Numbered from the stretch's first letter, positions 28,228 to 37,511 are shown. The stretch is DNA of 64,000 nt from Bacillota bacterium (GCA_021818685.1 JAKATP010000002.1:180-64179), one strand, 5' to 3'. Numbers and translations are program-made. The notes: generated by a model not told the origin, from the letters alone.

Positions 28228-29069
28228 CCGACGCGACGGGTCCGGGCGGGCGAAGCGCTCCCATAGATCCCGAACCAGGACCGCCGTAGCGGCCACGGCC
28301 CACCCCTTCATCACCATGCCCCGGCTCGGTCCGTGGGCCGGGGAGAATCCTAACTCGAGGGTCGTGTGAGATGGAGGATCACGAGTCGTAAACGCCGCCG
28401 ATACTCCTTCTTCCGCAAACGTGAACGGTATCCGACCCGCGAGCAGACCGTGATCGACCAGCCCTTGGCGGTCTCCCGGTTGGCAGACGCACGCATGGCC
28501 TCGGGCTGGCCGTCCTCAACACCGAAACACCGACCGATACGGGCTCATGTCACACCGACCGCAGTGGGAGCCACACAGCGCGGGCGCCGGCCCCATCGCT
28601 CCACCAACATAGAAAGCCGCCCTGCACAACACCCGCACGCGGTTCGGGTGCGCCCTAGACTTGAACCAGCTGTACGCCGTATGGACAGGTGGCCTAGGTA
28701 CGGGAACCGGGATGAGCGCCGGCTCGCTTTGACAGGCCGGTGGTGCTCGTGCCGGTCGCAGGCTCATCGAATTGGCGCGATGGTTCAGCACCGCGTGGGA
28801 AGGAAGAGCGGGCGGCCGATGCGGCGGCAAGCCTGCCGTCGTGGAATCCGTGTCAACGGCCTGTAAGGGCGCTCACGCAGGGGAAGAAGAGGGCTTCGGC
28901 TTTCAGCGCATGTTTGGGCACATGGCAAGCTCCGAGCTTCAGACGGTGAGCCGCCTGCCTTTCCGGAGCCCGGGGGCCATGCTACACTTCAGTGGCCGGA
29001 CAGTCGGACTCCCGCGGGATGTATATCCGCCAGTCGAATTCGCCGGGGTCCGGTGGAAAGGAGCGATGC

Positions 29070-29978
29070 ATGGCGCTTCGAGAAATCGTACGCCCGACGC
29101 TGGATGGCCTTCCGCTCGGTCCCGGGAAGAAGGCGCGGCTCTACCGCCTCCTATACCAGCAAGGGCCCGCCAACGGCACTCTCTTGATACTCCCCATTGA
29201 TCAGGGACTGGAGCATGGGCCGCGGGACTTTTTAGAGGCTCCGGAGAGCGCCGATCCCGAGTTTCAGTTCAGCCTGGCGGCCGAGGGCAGATACTCCGCG
29301 ATTGCGTGCCAGATCGGCCTGGCGGAGAAGTTTTATCCGCGTTACGCCGGGCAGGTGCCTCTCATTTTGAAGCTGAACGGTAAGACGGAGATCCCCTCTG
29401 ATGCGGCACCGCTGTCCCCTGTGATTGCCTCCGTGGAGGATGCCGTGCGTCTCGGTGCCGACGCGGTCGGCTACACGCTTTACGTCGGGTCCTCCTTGCA
29501 GGATCGGGACTTCGCGCAGTTCCGGGTGGTTCGGGAGCAGGCGGATCGATTCGGGATGCCGGTGGTGGTGTGGTCGTACCCGCGAGGGGAGGCCATTGAG
29601 GCCCGTGGCGGCAAAGATACCGTCTATGCCATTGACTACGCGGCGCGGGTCGCGCAGGAACTGGGCGCCGACGTGATCAAACTGAACGTTCCGGGCGTGG
29701 ATCCGGAGAAGCTGAAGGCGGCGCCTCGCGCATACCAGCGGGCGTGGACTCCGGAGGAGGTACTCAGGCAGGTGGTGCACTCGGCCGGCCGGGCGCTGGT
29801 CATCTTCGCCGGCGGGGAGAAGGGCACTCACGATCAGATGATGCAAAAGGCGCGGGCCTGCATGGAGGCCGGCGCCACCGGCCTGATCTTCGGCCGCAAC
29901 GTCTGGCAGCGACCGCGTGGCGACGCGCTGGCGGTCACCAAGGAAATCCACGCCCTGCTGCAGGACTACGGCCGGTAG
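29070..29978 (+). CDS. Class I fructose-bisphosphate aldolase family protein (DhnA/FbaB type)
   Basis: ATG 29070 after GGAAAGGAG. LILPIDQGLEHGP, PLILKLNG, DAVGYTLYVGS and VIKLNVPG segments are typical of the archaeal-type class I aldolase/ADH synthase family. Confidence 0.85.
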   Translation: MALREIVRPTLDGLPLGPGKKARLYRLLYQQGPANGTLLILPIDQGLEHGPRDFLEAPESADPEFQFSLAAEGRYSAIACQIGLAEKFYPRYAGQVPLILKLNGKTEIPSDAAPLSPVIASVEDAVRLGADAVGYTLYVGSSLQDRDFAQFRVVREQADRFGMPVVVWSYPRGEAIEARGGKDTVYAIDYAARVAQELGADVIKLNVPGVDPEKLKAAPRAYQRAWTPEEVLRQVVHSAGRALVIFAGGEKGTHDQMMQKARACMEAGATGLIFGRNVWQRPRGDALAVTKEIHALLQDYGR

Positions 29979-30021
29979 GCGTCTCCACCAACTGGAAGAC
30001 CGCCGGGAGGACACATTGAGA

Positions 30022-30055
30022 CCCCCCGAATACGCTGGATTGCGTGTTCGGGGGG
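30022..30055 (+). terminator. Strong hairpin 44 nt after the aldolase stop (terminator-like)
   Basis: 14-bp stem CCCCCCGAATACGC / GCGTGTTCGGGGGG (one G-U pair) with loop TGGATT, followed by the T-containing stretch GTGTATGTGT. Confidence 0.55.
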
Positions 30056-30835
30056 GTGTATGTGTCGGTCGAGCAGCCAAGTGCGCCGCCGCTTTGTGCG
30101 AGCTGGCGCGAAATTGCCGGGCGGGAACTGGGCGTCGTCCGCTTCCGCCGCTTTGTCATCCATACGCACCTCATCGTGCCGCGAGAACGGCTGGAGAGGA
30201 CGCTGGATCCGTATCTGCGGGGTATGGTCCAGCCAGGGGATACGCTGGCCATCAGTGAGAAGGCCGTCGCGATCGCGGAAGGGCGTCTCGTGTTGCTCCG
30301 CAGCGTCCGCGCGCGCCGCCTAGCCGTCTTCCTCGCGCGGCGGGTGCGGGACCGGGGCTACGGAATGGGCTTTCGCCGCCCAGAAACCATGGAAATGGCC
30401 ATCCACGAGGCGGGTCCGGTCCGCATCCTGCTGGCGGCGGCCGCGGCCGCCCTAACGCGCCCCTGCGGCCGGTCAGGAGATTTCTACCGGGTGGCTGGAC
30501 GGCGGGTGGCGGCCATCGATGGCCCCACGGCCCATACGATTCCCCCCTATGATCGCTACATCGTCCTGGCCCCGGTTCGCGGCGGCCGGCTCTGCCGCCG
30601 GCTGGCCCGCCGTCTTGGCATCAAGGTGGCGGTGGTGGACGTGAACGACGTGGGCAGCGAGGTGCTGGAGGCGTCGGCCGGCGTGGATCGAGCGGCGGTC
30701 AAAAGACTTCTGGACGACAATCCCATGGGCCAAGGCGCCGGGGCGACCCCGCTCGTTGTCTTGCGAGCCGATAGCCGACAGACAGCATCGCGGGACCAGT
30801 ATAATGGGGATGCCGGCGGGGCCCGGCGCCAATAG
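30044..30835 (+). CDS. CofE-like (F420-0:gamma-glutamyl ligase family) protein
   Basis: QPGDTLAISEKAVAIAEGR, IDGPTAHTIPPYD and VVDVNDVG segments resemble the CofE fold. The first start (30044) lies inside the upstream hairpin, so GTG 30056 or 30062 is more likely. Confidence 0.6.
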   Translation: MFGGVYVSVEQPSAPPLCASWREIAGRELGVVRFRRFVIHTHLIVPRERLERTLDPYLRGMVQPGDTLAISEKAVAIAEGRLVLLRSVRARRLAVFLARRVRDRGYGMGFRRPETMEMAIHEAGPVRILLAAAAAALTRPCGRSGDFYRVAGRRVAAIDGPTAHTIPPYDRYIVLAPVRGGRLCRRLARRLGIKVAVVDVNDVGSEVLEASAGVDRAAVKRLLDDNPMGQGAGATPLVVLRADSRQTASRDQYNGDAGGARRQ

Positions 30836-30874
30836 AGTAGGGGGCGAGGTGATCCCTGCCGCGGCAGGGGCGCG

Positions 30875-31954
30875 ATGGACATATTCGAGGCAATGCGCCG
30901 GCGTGGGCACGAACAGTTGATCTTCAACTTCGACAAAGCCACGGGGCTTCGTGCCATCATCGCGATCCACGATACGACCCTAGGACCGGCCCTAGGCGGG
31001 TGTCGCATGTGGCCTTACAGCAGTGAGGACGCGGCCATCGAGGATGCGCTCCGGCTCTCGGAGGGGATGACCTACAAGTCCGCGGCCGCGGGTCTCGACC
31101 ATGGCGGCGGCAAGGCGGTCATCATCGGCAATCCGGCTACGGACAAGACCGAAGCGTTGTTTCGTGCCTTCGGCCGCTTTTTGGAGACACTCAATGGCCG
31201 CTTCGTCAGCGGCGAAGACATGGGCACCCAGGGCGAGGACTTCGTGCATGCCCATCGGGAGACGCATTACCTGGTGGGGCTGCCGGAAGCGTACGGCGGA
31301 TCCGGCGACACGGGCGAGCTCACGGCGCTTGGGGTCATGCAGGCCATTCGCGCGGGACTGCGGCACAAGTTCGGGCAAGACAGCCTGGAGGGACGCCGCA
31401 TCGTGGTGCAGGGACTGGGGAAAGTGGGGCGGCGGGTGGTGGCGCGCGCCGTCGGTGCGGGGGCCGAGGTTTTGGTGGCCGACATTGATCCGCAGGCCGT
31501 CGGCACGGTTACTGCGGAATTCGGGGTGGAGCCGCTTGATCCATGGTCCGTGGACGAGACGGCATGCGACGTGTTTGCCCCATGTGCACTTGGGCAAGTG
31601 ATCAATCCGGAGAACGTCGAACGGCTTCGATGCGCGATCGTCGCAGGTTCCGCCAACAACCAGCTGGCCGACGAAAGCATGGGTGACCGCCTGCGCGAGC
31701 GACAGATTCTCTACGCACCGGACTTCATCACCAATGCAGGGGGCCTCCTACAGGTGGCCGATGAGCTAGAGGGCTTCTCACCGGACCGGGCCCGCCATCG
31801 GGTTGAAGGTATCTACGATTTCCTGCTGACGCTTTTTCGCGAGTCAGACGCGCGAGGCTTGGCCACGAACCGGCTCGCCCTGACCCTCGTCGAGGAACGC
31901 CTCGAGCTTTATCAGAGCATCCATCGCATCTATACGGGATCCTCCTCCCGCTAG
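30875..31954 (+). CDS. Leucine (Glu/Leu/Phe/Val family) dehydrogenase
   Basis: AIIAIHDTTLGPALGGCRMWPY, KSAAAGLDHGGGKAVI (catalytic Lys region) and the Rossmann motif VQGLGKVG. 359 aa. Confidence 0.9.
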   Translation: MDIFEAMRRRGHEQLIFNFDKATGLRAIIAIHDTTLGPALGGCRMWPYSSEDAAIEDALRLSEGMTYKSAAAGLDHGGGKAVIIGNPATDKTEALFRAFGRFLETLNGRFVSGEDMGTQGEDFVHAHRETHYLVGLPEAYGGSGDTGELTALGVMQAIRAGLRHKFGQDSLEGRRIVVQGLGKVGRRVVARAVGAGAEVLVADIDPQAVGTVTAEFGVEPLDPWSVDETACDVFAPCALGQVINPENVERLRCAIVAGSANNQLADESMGDRLRERQILYAPDFITNAGGLLQVADELEGFSPDRARHRVEGIYDFLLTLFRESDARGLATNRLALTLVEERLELYQSIHRIYTGSSSR

Positions 31955-31987
31955 CCTCCCGTTGCCGTAAGCCGTGAAGACACCATG

Positions 31988-32008
31988 CCCCGACCGAAGG
32001 GGTCGGGG
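31988..32008 (+). terminator. Hairpin after the dehydrogenase gene
   Basis: 8-bp GC stem CCCCGACC / GGTCGGGG with a 5-nt loop, 34 nt after the stop. There is no T tract, so function is uncertain. Confidence 0.35.
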
Positions 32009-32347
32009 GCCCAGTCACGGCCTCGATGACCATGCTGGCGCGGCCGCTGACGCGTAAATCCTGAATCCGGCGCTGAAGGAGAGGCCGGAACGGACATCGC
32101 GAGGGCCGTGTCTATCCGGTGTCAGACCGACGATTGTGATCCCCCCGATGCCCCTTCGGGATGCACATACGGCGGCTCCGAAGACGCCCCTCGGCCTCCC
32201 TCGCGGCCCGTGCCGCCCTCCCCGGCACTCCCGCTGTCGCCGGCTCGCCATGGCCCGACGAGGGCGTTTGGCATCCGGCATCCGACCCCGCTTCTGGTCA
32301 GTCGCGAGGAGGGGAAGTCTCCCTGGCTGGGGCGTCGGGCGCGCTGG

Positions 32348-32989
32348 TCACTCCGTTCTTCCCAACGAGTCGCGACGCTGTCGGAGGCTTTCGGCCACGG
32401 TCTCGACCGTCGCCCGTTCGGCCGGCGTAAGCCCGCGGAGGAAGTCCGGTTCCACGACGGCGGGTTCGTGGCGCCCGCCCGCACTGAGGGCCGCTCGGAT
32501 CGCCTCCGGCCCGGTGGCCGCGTCAAGACGGCTCGGATCCGGCGCGTAGGGTTCCCAGCGTTCTCGGATCCAGTCGTAGCAGGCTATCAGACCAAATTCG
32601 GCAGCGGCCTCGGACAGTCCGGGATCGAGAGCAGCCTGCCAGTCGGGATGGACCGCAAGCTCCCGAGCCAGCGCATAACGGCTCACGGCGTCTGCGATGC
32701 GCGCCCATGTCCGGGACAGGACACGCCAGCCCGGCAGGTCATCGATCCGAGGCCAGTCAGGATAAGGAATCTCGACGTCGGCCAGGAGGGCGAACTCAAA
32801 TACGTCCCACGAGAATACCCGCGCCAGACGCTCCACTTGCTGCGGGCGGGGAGCCCGATAGCCGTTTTCGAGATAGCCGACGTAGTAGTCCGCCTCTCCA
32901 ATCCGCGATCCCAGTTCGCGTTCGCTGAGGCCGGCCTTCAGGCGGAGATAACGGATGACGGGTCCGTATGGCGGCACGCGGCGCGGCAT
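32348..32989 (-). CDS. XRE-family HTH transcriptional regulator with long C-terminal domain
   Basis: ATG 32989 after GGGAGGAG. HTH region IRYLRLKAGLSERELGSRIGEADYYVGYLENG, followed by about 150 aa of uncharacterised Trp/Asp-rich sequence. Confidence 0.75.
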   Translation of the reverse strand: MPRRVPPYGPVIRYLRLKAGLSERELGSRIGEADYYVGYLENGYRAPRPQQVERLARVFSWDVFEFALLADVEIPYPDWPRIDDLPGWRVLSRTWARIADAVSRYALARELAVHPDWQAALDPGLSEAAAEFGLIACYDWIRERWEPYAPDPSRLDAATGPEAIRAALSAGGRHEPAVVEPDFLRGLTPAERATVETVAESLRQRRDSLGRTE

Positions 32990-33123
32990 GGCGACTCCTC
33001 CCGCAGTTTTCCGCTTCTCATCATAGCGTGACACGCGAGCCTATCCTTGCCGCCGGGTGCGGCATTTGTTATTAGTGAGGATGAATTCTGTACGGGGACG
33101 GCGGGGCACAGGGAGGTGGGGAC

Positions 33124-34755
33124 ATGGCGCAGATGAAGACGCGGGCGGCGGCGCAGGACCCATACCAGGGCGAACGCGAGTTCCGTACCATTTCGGGCAT
33201 TCCGATTGAAGAGACCTACGGACCCGAGTCGCGGGCAGGTGCTGATGTGGCCCGGGATCTGGGGGAGCCGGGGCAATACCCGTACACCCGTGGTATTCAC
33301 CGCAGCATGTACCGCGGGCGACTGTGGACTATGCGCCAGTTCGCGGGTTTTGGCACCGCGCGCGAGACCAACAAACGGTTTCACTATCTTCTTGAGCACG
33401 GACAGACGGGGCTGTCGGTGGCTTTCGATATGCCGACCCTGATGGGCTATGACTCCGACCATGCCAAAAGTCTGGGCGAGGTAGGACGCGAGGGGGTGGC
33501 CATCGACAGCATCGAAGACATGGACGCTCTCTTTGCGGGCATCCCGCTCGGGGACGTGTCCACCTCGATGACCATCAACGGACCGGCGCCCATCATCTGG
33601 GCCATGTACCTCGTGGCGGCGGAGCACCAACAAGTTCCCTGGGACCGGCTACGCGGCACCCTGCAAGCCGACATTCTGAAGGAATACATTGCTCAGAAGG
33701 AGTGGATTTATCCCCCGGAGCCGGCGATGCGCCTCATCGTGGACATGATGGCGTTCGCCGCTCGGCACGTGCCGAAATGGAACTCCGTCTCGGTCAGCGG
33801 CTATCACATCCGGGAGGCGGGTTCCACGGCGGCGCAGGAGCTGGCCTTCACCCTGGCCGACGGGTTTGCCTATGTCGAGGCGGGCATCAAGGCGGGTCTT
33901 GATGTCGACGCGTTCGTGCCCCAGCTGTCCTTCTTCTTCAATTCCCATATTGACTTCTTTGAGGAAATCGCCAAATTCCGGGCGGCGCGCCGTATCTGGG
34001 CCCGTCACCTGAAGGAGCATTACGGGGCCAAAGATCCGCGGTCGTGGACGCTGCGGTTTCATACGCAGACGGCAGGCTGTTCGCTAACGGCCCAGCAGCC
34101 CGACAACAATATTGTACGCACGGCCATTGAGGCGCTGGCGGCGGTTCTTGGAGGAACGCAGTCCCTGCACACGAACTCGATGGACGAGGTACTATCCCTG
34201 CCAACGGAGAAGGCGGTGAAGATCGCGCTCCGCACGCAACAGATCCTGGCCTTCGAGACGGGGGTGGGCAACACCGTGGACCCGCTCGGCGGAAGTTACT
34301 TTATCGAGACTCTCACCGACCGTCTGGAGGCCGAGGCCGAGGACTACTTCCGTCAGATCGAGGAGATGGGCGGGGTTCTGGCGGGCATCGACAACGGGTT
34401 CTTCCAACGGGAGATCGCGGAGGCCTCTTATCGCTACCAGCAGGAGCTCGAGCGCCACCAGCAGATTCAAGTCGGCGTGAACGCTTTTGTGGAAGAGGAG
34501 GCGGAGAGCATCCCCATCCTGCACATCGATCCGGATGTGGAGCGCGAGCAGGTCGGGGCGCTGACGCGCTTTAAGACGGCGCGCGCTGCGGATCGGGTGG
34601 CGGAGGCGCTGGACCGGGTGGCCAAGACGGCAGCCACCACCGAAAACCTCATGTACCCCATTATTGACGCGGTACGGGCGGGCGCCACTGAGGGAGAAAT
34701 TGCCGATGCGATGAAGCCGGTGTTTGGCGTTTACCGCGAACGTCCGGTATTCTAG
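33124..34755 (+). CDS. Methylmalonyl-CoA mutase family catalytic (TIM-barrel) chain, no B12-binding domain
   Basis: YPYTRGIH...[33 protein letters not shown] and [23 protein letters not shown] are hallmark acyl-CoA mutase segments. The 543-aa protein ends before the cobalamin-binding domain. Confidence 0.92.
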   Translation: MAQMKTRAAAQDPYQGEREFRTISGIPIEETYGPESRAGADVARDLGEPGQYPYTRGIHRSMYRGRLWTMRQFAGFGTARETNKRFHYLLEHGQTGLSVAFDMPTLMGYDSDHAKSLGEVGREGVAIDSIEDMDALFAGIPLGDVSTSMTINGPAPIIWAMYLVAAEHQQVPWDRLRGTLQADILKEYIAQKEWIYPPEPAMRLIVDMMAFAARHVPKWNSVSVSGYHIREAGSTAAQELAFTLADGFAYVEAGIKAGLDVDAFVPQLSFFFNSHIDFFEEIAKFRAARRIWARHLKEHYGAKDPRSWTLRFHTQTAGCSLTAQQPDNNIVRTAIEALAAVLGGTQSLHTNSMDEVLSLPTEKAVKIALRTQQILAFETGVGNTVDPLGGSYFIETLTDRLEAEAEDYFRQIEEMGGVLAGIDNGFFQREIAEASYRYQQELERHQQIQVGVNAFVEEEAESIPILHIDPDVEREQVGALTRFKTARAADRVAEALDRVAKTAATTENLMYPIIDAVRAGATEGEIADAMKPVFGVYRERPVF

Positions 34756-34776
34756 GGCCATCGACCAATCCATCCG

Positions 34777-35022
34777 GTGCGCCGGATGGCCACTCGCGGA
34801 GGGATCGCTGTGAAGCTGGGAGTCGGGCCGATCGGAAGCATGTCCATCTTGCTGAGCCTGGCGACGCTGCTCATCATCGTGGGAACAGGTCTCATGGCTA
34901 TCATGCTGATCGAGCGCCATACGCCGGGAGATGGGTGGATCAAGCTGACGTCCTTTTATGCGCTCCTCGGGGCGGCCATGGTGACGGTTGGACTCGGCAT
35001 TTGGTTTACACCGACGTTCTAG
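34777..35022 (+). CDS. Small two-helix membrane protein
   Basis: Hydrophobic helices SILLSLATLLIIVGTGLMAIMLI and FYALLGAAMVTVGLGIWF. GTG 34810 (5 nt after GGAGGGA) is a likelier start. The gene is followed directly by a canonical terminator. Confidence 0.5.
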   Translation: MRRMATRGGIAVKLGVGPIGSMSILLSLATLLIIVGTGLMAIMLIERHTPGDGWIKLTSFYALLGAAMVTVGLGIWFTPTF

Positions 35023-35030
35023 GGGTGACG

Positions 35031-35057
35031 GACCTGCCGCGTGGCAGGTCTTTTTTG
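35031..35057 (+). terminator. Rho-independent terminator
   Basis: GACCTGCC-gcgt-GGCAGGTC stem-loop followed by TTTTTTG, 9 nt after the stop at 35022. Confidence 0.85.
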
Positions 35058-35069
35058 TGAGGAGCAGTC

Positions 35070-36566
35070 ATGGAGTGGGTCATTGAGGACGGGTTTTTCC
35101 TGGTGGGGGACGGACATTGGGCGCGGCAGGTGGCGGTGGAGGGCCCCGGCCGGATCATGGACGTCCGGGATGTGCCGGCACCGTATCCGGGTGCGGAGCG
35201 GATAAGCTTGCGGGGAGGATTCGCCGTACCGGGGCTTTGGGACAGCCATGTGCACCTCGACCATCTGGCGGAGCAGCGCGATTTGTGGCTGGTGAAGCCT
35301 GATGCGAGCCTCAGAGAGGTGCAGGCAAGCCTGAGAGAATTTGCCGCACGGCATCCCGACCTGGGATGGATCCGGGGTAGCGGCTGGAACCAGAACTACT
35401 GGCAGGAGACCCCGCATCGGCGTTTTCTGGACGCGGTGAGCGGACCGCGTCCGGTCGCGTTCTGGGCGCGGGATCATCACACCCTGTGGCTCAATACGGC
35501 TGCCATGCAAGCCCTCGGGGTGACCGCGATGCCTGGCCCGGGAGTCGACCGCGATGCCGAGGGGCCAACCGGTCTATTTCGGGAAGAGACGGCCGAGAAG
35601 GTCAGCCGGGGCATTCCGGCGCGCAAGCCGGATGCCCGGACGATGCGGGCGGTGGCCGAGGAGCTGTTGTCGGACGGATTCGTGGGTGTGACCGCCATGG
35701 AGCGGGTGCGGAGCGTCGACGCCCTGCAGGAGTGGGATGAGAGCTATGGTCTGCGCCTGCAGGTGTTCTGGATCGACGCTGAGGGGCGCCGGGCCGATCC
35801 TGGCTCGGTCCGCGCAGATGATCCCGGGTGGTTTCGCACCCTCGGCGTGAAGATGTTTTCTGACGGGGCGCTCGGGACCCGGACGGCGTGGATGCGCGAA
35901 GACTACGAAGATCAGCCGGGACGCGGTGTCCCCCGGCTGCACGGCGAGGCGCTGCGGGAACGGCTGCGAGAACTCGTGGGCTACCGCTGGGCGGCTGCGA
36001 TTCATGCGATCGGGGATGCCGCCGTGGCCGACGTGTGGCGGGCCCTTTTGGAAGTGCCTAGCGCCGGGGCCGCCCTCTCCCGGATCGAACACGCCCAGCT
36101 CGTAGAGCCGCACGATTTGAGCACCTTGTCCGGCGTGGGCCTGGCGGCATCGATGCAGCCTTTTCATCTTCCCGGGGACGTGCCCGCGCTTACGCGCGGC
36201 CTCGGGGACCGGGCGACTCTAGCCTTCCCGTGGCGTGCGCTTCATCGAGTCGGGTTTGCCGTTACCTTCGGGTCCGATGCGCCCATCGTGCCGGCCGATC
36301 CGATCCCGGCCTTGGAGGTGGCCGTGCGCGGAGTCGGCTACACGGGAGATGGGGAGCGGGCGCTGTCGCCCTATGAGGCCCTCATGGCCTACTCACGGGG
36401 GGCCGCCCGCGCGGATCGGCGCCCTGGAGGATTCGTGGCCCCGGGGCATCCTGCTGATCTCACGGTGTTTCGGGAAGATCCCTTGACGGCTCTGCGCGAA
36501 GGGCGTCGGCCCGTGGTGCAGGGGACCGTCGTGGGGGGGCGTGTCCGTTCGTGGAAAGATGCCTGA
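35070..36566 (+). CDS. Amidohydrolase family (Amidohydro_3-like) metal-dependent hydrolase
   Basis: ATG after GAGGAG. GFAVPGLWDSHVHLDH metal-binding motif, later AIHAIGDAA and the FGSDAP C-terminal Asp motif. Confidence 0.85.
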   Translation: MEWVIEDGFFLVGDGHWARQVAVEGPGRIMDVRDVPAPYPGAERISLRGGFAVPGLWDSHVHLDHLAEQRDLWLVKPDASLREVQASLREFAARHPDLGWIRGSGWNQNYWQETPHRRFLDAVSGPRPVAFWARDHHTLWLNTAAMQALGVTAMPGPGVDRDAEGPTGLFREETAEKVSRGIPARKPDARTMRAVAEELLSDGFVGVTAMERVRSVDALQEWDESYGLRLQVFWIDAEGRRADPGSVRADDPGWFRTLGVKMFSDGALGTRTAWMREDYEDQPGRGVPRLHGEALRERLRELVGYRWAAAIHAIGDAAVADVWRALLEVPSAGAALSRIEHAQLVEPHDLSTLSGVGLAASMQPFHLPGDVPALTRGLGDRATLAFPWRALHRVGFAVTFGSDAPIVPADPIPALEVAVRGVGYTGDGERALSPYEALMAYSRGAARADRRPGGFVAPGHPADLTVFREDPLTALREGRRPVVQGTVVGGRVRSWKDA

Positions 36567-36686
36567 TGAGCATCCATATCTTGTGTCCGGACGCAGGATT
36601 CGTGGGCACATGTGTGGAACGGGCTCGGCAACGGTCGCCGATACGCGTTGATTTCGGCAGGTGCCGAAGGACGAAGGAGGATCGCC

Positions 36687-37511
36687 ATGCCGCTTCCCGA
36701 GGGCCTCTACTGCGAGCTCATCGCCATCAATCGCATGGTGGACACCGAAAGCTTCGAACCGCTCCCCGGGCGGCCGGTGGACGATTTGGCGGCCCTCGGC
36801 GCCCGCAACTGCTATTCGCCCAAGACTCCCTTGGAACTCCTTCAATCCATGTCGGATACGGAGAAGGCGAGTGCGGTCCGCACGACGGTGGCATCCAAGC
36901 ACTGGACAGTCGCGGGCCATCTTTCCTTTACGTTTGCCTTCTCCTGCTCGATCGCCGCCTTAAAGCAGATTACCCGCCGACGGACCGGGGTGGTGTTTTC
37001 CGTCAAATCGGGCCGCTACGTCCGGGGCCGGCACTTTCAGTCCTACGTCGTCCCGCCCACCATCCGAGCTCACCCGGAGGCGTTTGAGGCCTTTAGCCGC
37101 TATCTGGAGGAGGGGGCGCGCCTGGCGGAGTGGCTTGAGCGGGACTGCGGCATCCCCCAGGAAGACGCGCGTTACCTTACCGGCGAAGCCAAGATCACCC
37201 ACGTCGTCATGACCGTGAACGGGGAGGCTCTCATCGACTGGGCTACCAAGCGTGAATGCTATGGGGCTCAGTGGGAAGTGCGCGCGCTCATGGTGGAGTG
37301 GCTCCGGGCCGCCCGCAAGGTTGCTCCCAAAGTGTTCTACCGGGTGGGGGCGCCGTGCGTCATGACGGGCATCTGCACGGAGATGAAGAGCCGTTACGAT
37401 GTCTGCCCGCGCCAGCATGCCTTCCCCCACCAGGATGACCTGGCTCAGGCGTGGCACGATGCCCGTCGTCGAACTAAGGCCGATCCGGTGGCGGTGCTGG
37501 AGGCGGACTAG
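36687..37511 (+). CDS. ThyX (flavin-dependent thymidylate synthase) family paralog with non-canonical motif
   Basis: ATG 36687 after GAAGGAGG. HLSFTFAFSCSIAALKQITRRRTGVVFSVKSGRY aligns to the ThyX H..FTF....RHR..S....S.RY block, and AQWEVRALMVEWL aligns to the AQWEI helix. RHR is replaced by RRR. Confidence 0.7.
   Translation: MPLPEGLYCELIAINRMVDTESFEPLPGRPVDDLAALGARNCYSPKTPLELLQSMSDTEKASAVRTTVASKHWTVAGHLSFTFAFSCSIAALKQITRRRTGVVFSVKSGRYVRGRHFQSYVVPPTIRAHPEAFEAFSRYLEEGARLAEWLERDCGIPQEDARYLTGEAKITHVVMTVNGEALIDWATKRECYGAQWEVRALMVEWLRAARKVAPKVFYRVGAPCVMTGICTEMKSRYDVCPRQHAFPHQDDLAQAWHDARRRTKADPVAVLEAD

Noticed and set aside
28599-28606. CTCCACCA, like a tRNA/tmRNA 3' end
   Set aside because: There is no preceding T-arm (GGTTCGAATCC-type) or acceptor stem complement. 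The nearby GGTTCGG hairpin has a 9-nt loop and wrong spacing.
28797-28806. GGGAAGGAAG resembling the SRP RNA domain IV GGAAGGAAGCAGCC element
   Set aside because: The closing base pairs of the GGAA tetraloop and the downstream CAGCC are not present, and no Alu-like or helix 8 pairing could be drawn.
28366-28866. 166-aa ORF inside the long aldolase-upstream gap
   Set aside because: It is extremely basic (runs of Arg), has no RBS and no motifs. I treat it as non-coding and report the region as an unexplained gap instead.
28990-28996. GCCACTG on the minus strand (core of the cobalamin-riboswitch B12 box); also a B12-box-like GTCGAGGATACCGTC at 3517-3531 on the plus strand
   Set aside because: These are isolated heptamer or partial matches only. 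The other conserved cobalamin-riboswitch elements (GGGAA...GGTG.AA.CC) are not in the right place, and neither match lies upstream of a gene on its own strand.
32108-33031. 307-aa plus-strand ORF overlapping the XRE regulator
   Set aside because: The minus-strand frame has a clear HTH, a strong RBS (GGGAGGAG) and G/C-rich third positions. The plus-strand translation is Arg/Pro-rich without motifs.
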